The position numbers and the translations under genes were made by a program. A DNA stretch of 64,000 bases from NCBI GenBank assembly GCA_011772205.1, contig WVZY01000016.1, forward strand, positions 21,634 through 85,633, given 5' to 3'. This document shows, in pieces, positions 47,996 through 55,005 of the stretch; position 1 is the stretch's first letter; each line of letters opens with the position of its first letter. The notes beneath the pieces are model-generated. The model was not told the origin of the DNA, searched no databases, and worked only from the letters and a program-made list of their open reading frames with translations. This stretch comes from Candidatus Latescibacterota bacterium. GTDB taxonomy: Bacteria > Krumholzibacteriota > Krumholzibacteriia > WVZY01.

Positions 47996-48276
47996 TCGCC
48001 GCCTCCCTCGTCATCCCCCACGATCATCTCTCGCGCCGCGGCGTCCGACCAGACCGGAAGTGGTAATGAGGCGCCGGTGGTTGGATTTACCGCATACCGG
48101 TATGAAGCCTCCTGATTATATTGTTCCTTCATCCAAACCCATCCCCTCTTGTAATAGGAACAGTTATCATTGAAGCAAACGAAGAAGAATTCCTCGCTCC
48201 AGGTCGCGTCTTCTGGTACACGCCACTTCTGGAGACGGGATTTACAATGCGGGCACGTTCTGGGTATATCTGCCAT
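47992..48276 (-). CDS. Small zinc-ribbon-like protein (94 aa), coupled to the YkgJ-like gene
   Basis: Starts MADIPRTCPHCKSRLQKWRVPEDATWSEEFFFVCFNDNCSYY (CxxC...CxxxxC). GAGGAA RBS. ATGA overlap with the downstream gene. Confidence 0.55.
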   Translation of the reverse strand: MADIPRTCPHCKSRLQKWRVPEDATWSEEFFFVCFNDNCSYYKRGWVWMKEQYNQEASYRYAVNPTTGASLPLPVWSDAAAREMIVGDDEGGGE

Positions 48277-48447
48277 CAGGTTCCTCGGTCGATCAGCGGT
48301 CTTTCGAGCTGGCCTTGGAACCGTTCATCCCTTAGCCGCGCAAAACAAAAACGCCTTTCGGAGACGAGGGAGCACAATAGGCGTCGAGAACCGGGATCTC
48401 CGGACGCCGCAAAGCGACGCCCGGAAATCCCAAGAATCCACACATCA

Positions 48448-50340
48448 TCATTGTGAGATGTATTTCACGGGCCTCTTTATCATCTTCCACTCGCCGGTGT
48501 CTTTGTCGTAAGTGCAATTGCAGAAGGCAAGCCAGTTCTCGTTATCCATTTTGGGCTTATCGGCCCGGAAGTAATAACCCGGCCAGCGCGTTTCCTCACG
48601 GAAGAGGATGGAATGCACGTGCGCCTCCGCCTGATACATACGGTGGATATTCTCCCAGCACCGCATCAACTCGTGCAGGCTCTCCGCCGCAAGGTTTTTG
48701 GAGTCTTCCTTGAGGTACCCCAACAGCTCCATGCCCTTCTCGAGCAGCTTGTCGCTTGTCTTGAACTGGCTGGACACACCACCCGCATACTCGTCCATTA
48801 TCTTCTGAAGCCTGTACATGAACTGTTTGGGACGGATATAATTCGGGTTGATGTCAGGGTCTGTTGTCTTGTCCTTGTGCTCCTGGAACGTGACCAAAGG
48901 CTTCAAGATCTCTGCCTTCAGGGCATCGACCTGCGCCTGATCCACCTTGGGAGGAACGTTGTTGTCGACGATGTAGGAGATAGCCGCCTTGGCGGCGATA
49001 CGCCCCTCAGCATGCGAGCCGGAAGAGAACTTGTGGCTCGATGCTCCTGATGCATCGCCCGCAGCGAACATACCGTAGATCGTCGTCATGTGCGGGTAGC
49101 CCCAGAAATACTCGTCCCTCGTGGCATCCGTCTGCAGGTCCTCCGGACCGGAAACCCATGCACCTGATGCGCCGGAGTGGGACCCAATAAAGTAAGGATC
49201 ACACGCCATGATCTCGGAAGGCTTCACCTCAGGTTCGACGTTCGTTGCCGCCCACAGGATCGCTTGCGAGATCGTCATATCGAGGAAGTCCTCCCATGCC
49301 TCTGCCTCGAGCTCCTTGAGCTTCTTCTTGGCTGCCTTTCCATCAGGCGCTTCACCCGCGATTCGTTTGATCGCATCGGAGGTCTGCATGTAAATCGGAC
49401 TCTTGCCGTCCATTACGTCCAGCATCATCAGCCAGTTACGGATGTTGGCGGGACGCGGCTTCACCTTGCCGTAAGGCTCCCACTTGTCGAGCTCTGCAGC
49501 GTTATCTTGCATGTAGTTGCCGCCTCGCGCATTGGTTGCGATCGACTTGAACAGAAGGAACCATGCGCCCACCGGACCGTACGCATCCTTGAAACGGACC
49601 GGGATGAAGCGGACCTCTTGGCACGTCATCTCGGCGCCGGCGTAGATCGTAAAGAATGCGCTCGCGCCCGAATTGAATGGAGGATACCAGGAGCGGCCGA
49701 AGCCCTCGCCAGTCGAACGCGGCTTGAACACGTGAACCGCGCCGCCCATGGCCACCAGCGTAGCCTTGGCTTTGAACACATATACCTTATTTTCTCTGAT
49801 GCTGAATCCGATCGCGCCGACGCACTTGTCGCCGTCCATCAACGGGTGCGTGATGAAGACGCGCTCAAATATCTCTCCGTTCGCCTCCACCAGGGCGTTC
49901 TTGGCAGCCTCCGCAATGACGACTTTGTAAGACTCACCGTTAATCATCAACTGCCAACGACCCTCGTGGACGTAATTGCCCTCTGCATCCTTCCAGATCG
50001 GAAGGCCCCACTTCTCGAACAGGTGGACCGTCGAGTCCACATGCCGCGCAATGCTGGCTACCAGGTCTTCGCGGGTGATGCCCATGAGATCGTTCCGAAC
50101 GTACTCGACGTAGTCTTCTAGGGTGTTGTTTCCGCTGTTCAAGTCCACGTACTGGTTGATCGCCGAAAGACCCATCGCGACCGCGCCCGAACGATCCACT
50201 GCTGCCTTGTCAACCAAGGTGACTTTCAATCCGTGTTTCTTGGCCCAGTAAGCCGCTTCCACTGCCGCACCGCAAGCGGCCATCCCGCCGCCGCAGATCA
50301 GCAGATCTGTTTCCACCGTTACGACTTCGAAATCAGCCAT
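48448..50340 (-). CDS. aprA: Adenylylsulfate (APS) reductase alpha subunit
   Basis: 630 aa. Starts MADFEVVTVETDLLICGGGMAACGAAVEAAYWAKKHGLKVTLVDKA (FAD motif), with the characteristic length and C-terminus. Confidence 0.95.
   Translation of the reverse strand: MADFEVVTVETDLLICGGGMAACGAAVEAAYWAKKHGLKVTLVDKAAVDRSGAVAMGLSAINQYVDLNSGNNTLEDYVEYVRNDLMGITREDLVASIARHVDSTVHLFEKWGLPIWKDAEGNYVHEGRWQLMINGESYKVVIAEAAKNALVEANGEIFERVFITHPLMDGDKCVGAIGFSIRENKVYVFKAKATLVAMGGAVHVFKPRSTGEGFGRSWYPPFNSGASAFFTIYAGAEMTCQEVRFIPVRFKDAYGPVGAWFLLFKSIATNARGGNYMQDNAAELDKWEPYGKVKPRPANIRNWLMMLDVMDGKSPIYMQTSDAIKRIAGEAPDGKAAKKKLKELEAEAWEDFLDMTISQAILWAATNVEPEVKPSEIMACDPYFIGSHSGASGAWVSGPEDLQTDATRDEYFWGYPHMTTIYGMFAAGDASGASSHKFSSGSHAEGRIAAKAAISYIVDNNVPPKVDQAQVDALKAEILKPLVTFQEHKDKTTDPDINPNYIRPKQFMYRLQKIMDEYAGGVSSQFKTSDKLLEKGMELLGYLKEDSKNLAAESLHELMRCWENIHRMYQAEAHVHSILFREETRWPGYYFRADKPKMDNENWLAFCNCTYDKDTGEWKMIKRPVKYISQ
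48451..48470. promoter_or_regulatory. Rex-box-like inverted repeat TGTGAG-N6-TTCACG at the 3' end of aprA
   Basis: TTGTGAGATGTATTTCACGG matches 10 of 12 positions of the TGTGAA-N6-TTCACA core as I recall it. It lies within the last codons of aprA, about 175 nt upstream of the Zn-ribbon/YkgJ/qmo genes. Confidence 0.3.
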
Positions 50341-50400
50341 TTTCGCTCAACTCCTTAACACTCCTCTGTCGAGGGAAACAGGTTCATATCCCATCCGCGC

Positions 50401-50871
50401 TTACTTAAGCTTGGGGATCTTGTCCATTTTGACCGGGCCCTTCTCGGTGTTCAGGCCATCAGGCTCGCACATTAAAGTTGGGCTCTTCAGATCATCGTCG
50501 CCGGTCGGATAATGGTCGAACGGCTGCGCTTGGCCTTCCGCGACGCCCCTGCGGATGGGGAACTTGAAGCGTTTCGGCTTGATTTCCTTGCTGCGGAATT
50601 GGATGGTCCACAAGATATCCTCGGAACTACGCAACGCCGTTACACTCGCCCCCAGCGGAACGAAATCGGCATAACCGCGGACTTCGACCGCTTGCGTCGG
50701 ACAAATCTTGACGCAGTTGTAGCATTCCCAGCACATCTCCGGATCCTGGTTGTAAGCCTTGTCGGTCTTCTTATCGAGCACCATCAAGTCGTTCGGACAA
50801 ATGTGCTGACATGCTGTTTTGTCCAGGTCCTTGCATCCGTCACACTTGTCCGGAATCACAAAACTTGGCAT
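50401..50871 (-). CDS. aprB: Adenylylsulfate (APS) reductase beta subunit
   Basis: Starts MPSFVIPDKCDGCKDLDKTACQHICPNDLM and contains CWECYNCVKICPTQA, followed by the long C-terminal tail. Confidence 0.93.
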   Translation of the reverse strand: MPSFVIPDKCDGCKDLDKTACQHICPNDLMVLDKKTDKAYNQDPEMCWECYNCVKICPTQAVEVRGYADFVPLGASVTALRSSEDILWTIQFRSKEIKPKRFKFPIRRGVAEGQAQPFDHYPTGDDDLKSPTLMCEPDGLNTEKGPVKMDKIPKLK

Positions 50872-50873
50872 GC

Positions 50874-51530
50874 TCAGCCTCCTTTCTCACTGCCGCTTCC
50901 CTTCCGTGCTTTGATCGCGTAGGAGAGCAGGCTTAAGCTTGAAAACATACGTGCTTCTACCAAAGAAACACCGTTCGGAGTCCGCACGTGAACGCAGGAC
51001 ATATTCAGCACACCCTGCACACCGGCGGATACCAATTCATCCGCTACCGTCTGGGCCGCTTTGGCGGGTACTGCAATAACTCCAATCTCTACATTCTTCT
51101 CGCGCACCGCCCTGGGCAGTTCATCTATGCTTTGCACGATTAGCTTTCCGACCTTCCTGCCGATGACACGGCGACTTGAATCGAACAATCCGCAGATATT
51201 AAAGCCCTGTCGGGAAAACTCCTCATGCTGGGCCAGCGCCCGGCCCAGATTGCCAGCGCCGACAATTACTACGTTGCTGCCCTGATCTCTTCCGATCAGT
51301 GTGAGAATGGATGACTCCAGATCTTCAATCTTGTATCCCCGCTTGGCCGTACCGCTGATGTCCAGCCAGGAGAGATCTTGGCGGACTGTTGAGCTGGTTA
51401 CTTCCAGCGCTTCGGCCAGTTCGAGCGAGGATATCCACTCCTGTCCCTGTTCGATTTGCATGCGAACATATTGCAGGTAGTGTGATAGCCGACGTATGAC
51501 AGGAATCGGTACTTGAGTCTTATGGTTCAT
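50874..51530 (-). CDS. rex: Redox-sensing transcriptional repressor Rex
   Basis: 218 aa. The winged helix reads IPVIRRLSHYLQYV...SSLELAEALEVTSSTVRQDLS. The Rossmann motif is NVVIVGAGNLGRAL. The stop lies 2 nt before the aprB ATG. Confidence 0.88.
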   Translation of the reverse strand: MNHKTQVPIPVIRRLSHYLQYVRMQIEQGQEWISSLELAEALEVTSSTVRQDLSWLDISGTAKRGYKIEDLESSILTLIGRDQGSNVVIVGAGNLGRALAQHEEFSRQGFNICGLFDSSRRVIGRKVGKLIVQSIDELPRAVREKNVEIGVIAVPAKAAQTVADELVSAGVQGVLNMSCVHVRTPNGVSLVEARMFSSLSLLSYAIKARKGSGSEKGG

Positions 51531-51573
51531 TTACCTCCCCGCCCATTCTCCCACTCTCGGGATGCGTGGCACC

Positions 51574-51602
51574 ATTTTAGACTTTAGGCTGAAAGCCGTC
51601 AA
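51574..51602 (-). promoter_or_regulatory. Sigma70-like promoter TTGACG-N17-TAAAAT for rex-aprBA
   Basis: Read on the minus strand: -35 at 51597-51602 and -10 at 51574-51579, about 44 nt upstream of the rex ATG. Confidence 0.4.
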
Positions 51603-51767
51603 GTACTTAACGCAATTTTTTAACGCTTTTTTCGATCCGCTCTCCCCGGCAGCTCGAAGCGTGCGTCACATTATAAGGATTAAATCAGTCTATTGTCGTA
51701 TAACTCTTTTATATATAATTTATTACGATTTTCTTTCCCTCGCAGGCAGCTTCGATGCGTTAAAAGC

Positions 51768-51795
51768 TTGACAGGAAAAATTCTTTTGTTAAAAT
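51768..51795 (+). promoter_or_regulatory. Sigma70-like promoter TTGACA-N16-TAAAAT for dsrC
   Basis: -35 at 51768-51773 and -10 at 51790-51795. This implies a GC-rich 5' UTR of about 170 nt before dsrC. Confidence 0.4.
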
Positions 51796-51969
51796 ATAGA
51801 CGATTTATTGTGCAGCGGCTTGAGGACGCCTGGATTTTCGAAAAGCCTGCGTCGATGGCGTTGCGGCCGGCGGTGGGCGGGCCCTCGCGGCGACGAATCA
51901 TGCACGGCTGGAGAGTGCGCTGGGTCGACAAGTGCGCCAAAGGCGCAAAAGAAAAGAAGGAGACGAACT

Positions 51970-52287
51970 ATGCCATATGCCGATTTAGGTGGTAAGAACC
52001 TGGAAATAGATGAGGACGGATTCATTCAAGATCCCGATGCATGGGACGAAGCAGTTGCCAAGGCACTCGCGGAAACCGAGGGCGTTGCAGACATGAGCGA
52101 CGAACATTGGAAAGTCGTGAATTACCTCCGCGAGTATTATCTCGAGTACAGCATGGCGCCGATGATTCGGAAACTCTGCAAGGAAACCGGTTTCCCGCTT
52201 AAGAAAATCTACGAACTTTTCCCCAGTGGCCCCGCAAAAGGAGCTTGCAAGGTAGCGGGGCTTCCAAAGCCGACCGGCTGCGTATAG
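51970..52287 (+). CDS. dsrC: DsrC (TusE/DsrC family, with both C-terminal cysteines)
   Basis: The internal start of ORF 51808..52287 (AAGGAG upstream) gives MPYADLGGKNLEIDEDGFIQDPDAWDEAVAKALA. The C-terminus is GACKVAGLPKPTGCV. Confidence 0.93.
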   Translation: MPYADLGGKNLEIDEDGFIQDPDAWDEAVAKALAETEGVADMSDEHWKVVNYLREYYLEYSMAPMIRKLCKETGFPLKKIYELFPSGPAKGACKVAGLPKPTGCV

Positions 52288-52330
52288 TTCGGAAAACTTC
52301 TTTTCAAGGCATCAGTAGGAAAGACGAGAT

Positions 52331-52359
52331 AGTCCCTCGAGGAGCTTGTTCGAGGGACT
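52331..52359. terminator. Perfect 10-bp hairpin AGTCCCTCGA-N9-TCGAGGGACT between convergent dsrC and the CbiA/DsrN-like gene
   Basis: Read from the sequence. There is no strong T-tract, so it may be only a stem-loop. Confidence 0.4.
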
Positions 52360-52364
52360 GCGTT

Positions 52365-53909
52365 CTATGCAGGACCGCTTCGTCTGCGTAACATACCCGC
52401 CTGCACCAGTGACCGCGCCCAGTTCCCCACACCCAACGCGTGAATGTGACAGTACGTGGCAAGCGTGTTTTTGCGGCAGATACCGTCATGTTCGCCGTCG
52501 ATTCCATAGCCACGCTGTACCCGGAAAGCAAAAGACAGTTTCTTTTCATCCAAGTCGAGCACCCGCGAATAATGGAATTCGTGTCCGCGAAACGAATCCC
52601 CCACCGGAAAATAGGGATTGGAGCGCGTCACTTCCATGATCGCATACCCATGCCCTTGCGGTCTGGTATCAAACCCGAAGACCACCGGCAGCGCTCCCGC
52701 CATGGGATACGTGTTTTCTCCCATAATGAGGCTCCGGCCGAGATAAACAGCCCCGGCACATTCGGCGTAAACCGGCATACCTGCTTCTACGGCTGCCGCA
52801 ACGGCGTGCCGGAAATCGACGTTCGCTGCAAGCTCCTCCGCAAACGTCTCCGGAAACCCCCCACCTATGTAGATCGCATCCGCTTCTGGAAGCTTCCTGT
52901 CGCGCAGCGGAGATGATTCGATGAGGCGTCCACCTTCTCGTTCCAGCGCTTCAAGGTTCTCGGGATAGTAAAATTGAAATGCTTCGTCACGAAAGACGCC
53001 GATTCGAACCTGGTGCGAATCCGGCTCCGGTTTTATCGTATCTTTTCCCCCAGGCTTGCCGACCTTGCCCGTTTCCGCGGAGGGCACCTCGTGAGCTGGC
53101 AGTTCCTTCTCAGCGAGGTCGCCACGCGTCCCCCCAGCACTAGCTTCTGGCTCGCTTACCAGCGGCGGGGCCGTTCGGGCAATATTCATGAGGGCATCCA
53201 GATCGATGTGTTCTTCAACGACACGCGCGGCTGCCTGGACCGCTCCGGGCACTTCACCGTGCTCTTGAGGTGGCACCAAACCGAGATGCCTTTCTGGAAA
53301 TGGGCATTCGGCAAGCCGGGGGATCGCGCCCAGAACGGGTAGGCCGCAGTACGTTTGGATGACGTCGCGAAGAACGGACTCATGCCTGCGACCGGCCACC
53401 TGGTTCAGAACGACGCCTTTGATATGTACGGCGGGGTCGAACCGCTGACACCCCAGTACCATCGCACCCAGCGTTCGCGTGGTCTTGGAGCAATCGCATA
53501 CGAGGATTACCGGTGCTTTGAGCAGCTTGGCCAGTTCGGCGGCACTGTAAGTGCCCCCGGCGTCCATTCCGTCGAATAGACCTCGATTTCCTTCGATAAC
53601 TGCTAGATCACTCCCTCTTGCAGTCCGAACAAAAGAATCGAATACGACATCTCTCTCGATCATAAAGAGGTCCAAGTTCCGGCAGGGATGTCCCGCGGCA
53701 GCAGCGAGCCACGCCGCATCGATATAGTCCGCTCCCTTTTTGTAAGGAGCGACGGCGAAGCCCAGGTTGCGCCATGCGGCGGTCAGTCCCACTGAGACAA
53801 GTGTTTTGCCTCCACTGCCGCGCAGCCCGGCAATCATGATTCGAGGTAATGGCAAGATGCGGGACTCTAGGTGCCCACGTGCTCGACTACCACCGCTGTC
53901 CCGTAACAT
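52365..53909 (-). CDS. dsrN: Cobyrinic acid a,c-diamide synthase family amidase, probably DsrN (sirohaem amidase)
   Basis: Contains [21 protein letters not shown] (P-loop) and a glutamine amidotransferase C-terminal half ([30 protein letters not shown]). Located next to dsrC. The start is uncertain: 53909 overlaps ybjQ, and the alternative is ATG 53837. Confidence 0.7.
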   Translation of the reverse strand: MLRDSGGSRARGHLESRILPLPRIMIAGLRGSGGKTLVSVGLTAAWRNLGFAVAPYKKGADYIDAAWLAAAAGHPCRNLDLFMIERDVVFDSFVRTARGSDLAVIEGNRGLFDGMDAGGTYSAAELAKLLKAPVILVCDCSKTTRTLGAMVLGCQRFDPAVHIKGVVLNQVAGRRHESVLRDVIQTYCGLPVLGAIPRLAECPFPERHLGLVPPQEHGEVPGAVQAAARVVEEHIDLDALMNIARTAPPLVSEPEASAGGTRGDLAEKELPAHEVPSAETGKVGKPGGKDTIKPEPDSHQVRIGVFRDEAFQFYYPENLEALEREGGRLIESSPLRDRKLPEADAIYIGGGFPETFAEELAANVDFRHAVAAAVEAGMPVYAECAGAVYLGRSLIMGENTYPMAGALPVVFGFDTRPQGHGYAIMEVTRSNPYFPVGDSFRGHEFHYSRVLDLDEKKLSFAFRVQRGYGIDGEHDGICRKNTLATYCHIHALGVGNWARSLVQAGMLRRRSGPA

Positions 53910-54211
53910 AATACTTCTGTCACTCCCTCCATCACTTCAGTAGCATCGTAGCGAATCCCGGTGACGGCATTTGCTCCCAGCTCTTCTGCATGGGTGATCA
54001 TCATGTCGAAGGCTTCTTTGCGTGTTTTCTCGCAAAGTTCAGTGAAGAGCGTAATATTGCCCCCAACTATTGTCTGCAATGAGGCTCCGATCTTGCCAAA
54101 GATCGAGCGCGACCGAACGGTAATGCCGCGAACGATACCGAGCGTTTTGATCACCCGATATCCATCGAGATGGAACGCTGTTGTTGTCATCGATACGTCA
54201 ATTGGCTTCAT
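53867..54211 (-). CDS. YbjQ/UPF0145-family protein
   Basis: 114 aa. Sequence [75 protein letters not shown]. Confidence 0.85.
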   Translation of the reverse strand: MKPIDVSMTTTAFHLDGYRVIKTLGIVRGITVRSRSIFGKIGASLQTIVGGNITLFTELCEKTRKEAFDMMITHAEELGANAVTGIRYDATEVMEGVTEVLCYGTAVVVEHVGT

Positions 54212-54322
54212 TTCTAACTCGCCTTTCTTGAGTCGTTAGGTGCACCTAACCTGAATCCGCCGGAAAATCGCAGCGATTTATCTTTTAAGGTGCTTGGTGC
54301 CAATTGCATTCAAATGAATGCA

Positions 54323-54436
54323 CATGTCTCGTTTGCCGCGAGGCGATCTCCGCAGCGCGCTATAACTTTAGACGCGCGCGAGGACCACGAGCCGAGGGGT
54401 AAACGAGACATGCGCAATGCTGGATCTTGATGGATT
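54323..54436. repeat. Copy B of the ~90-bp inverted-repeat-bounded element, with the 24-nt flank on its right
   Basis: Core 54323..54412 is about 92 percent identical to 5804..5893 in the same orientation. Flank 54413..54436 matches 21 of 24 positions of the reverse complement of 5780..5803. Confidence 0.7.
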
Positions 54437-54498
54437 CACGCTAAGTATTGGCATAAACGTTGCGATCTTTTAAGCCCCCTGCTTCCCGCCCTTGGCCG

Positions 54499-54852
54499 CT
54501 AGGATCTTTTTCGCTTCAGCCAGAAATCGAACGGTCGTCCGGGCACAAAGATATCCAGACCGCTCGACGGCCTGTCGAGCGGATTTTTGACGATATGTGC
54601 CTCGCCCCCGGCGATGTATGCTGCATCCCCTTCGTCGAGTACTTGTTCTCCGTCGTTGTCCGTTATGATACTGAGCTTGCCTTCCAGCACAACAAGAACT
54701 TGTACGTTAGGGTGTTCGTGGCGAGGGGAGGCATGCCCGGCAGGTTTGATGAAGTGTTCAACGGATATGTCATCTTCACTACACAGGCTCGAGCGTTTCC
54801 AATGCTTCTCGGGCTCATAACTCTCGGCTTTGCCGAAGCGGACAACTTTCAT
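54499..54852 (-). CDS. Cupin-domain protein
   Basis: 117 aa. Contains GHASPRHEHPNVQVLVVLEGKL and GDAAYIAGGEAHIV, the two cupin motifs. Confidence 0.75.
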   Translation of the reverse strand: MKVVRFGKAESYEPEKHWKRSSLCSEDDISVEHFIKPAGHASPRHEHPNVQVLVVLEGKLSIITDNDGEQVLDEGDAAYIAGGEAHIVKNPLDRPSSGLDIFVPGRPFDFWLKRKRS

Positions 54853-55005
54853 TACTTTTCTCCACTCTGGTGGTTGGCGCCCGCTGCCAACTGGCCGCGA
54901 TCACGCGCCAGCAGCTTTTGCTCATATAACCGCATTATCAATCCATTTGCTCGGCATTGTCATGCGCCGCTATTTCTTTTAATAATCTCAATGCTCGTTT
55001 ATACG

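Noticed and set aside
49177-50121. 314-aa plus-strand ORF antisense to aprA
   Set aside because: Shadow of aprA. Arg/Leu/Asp-rich, with no motifs.
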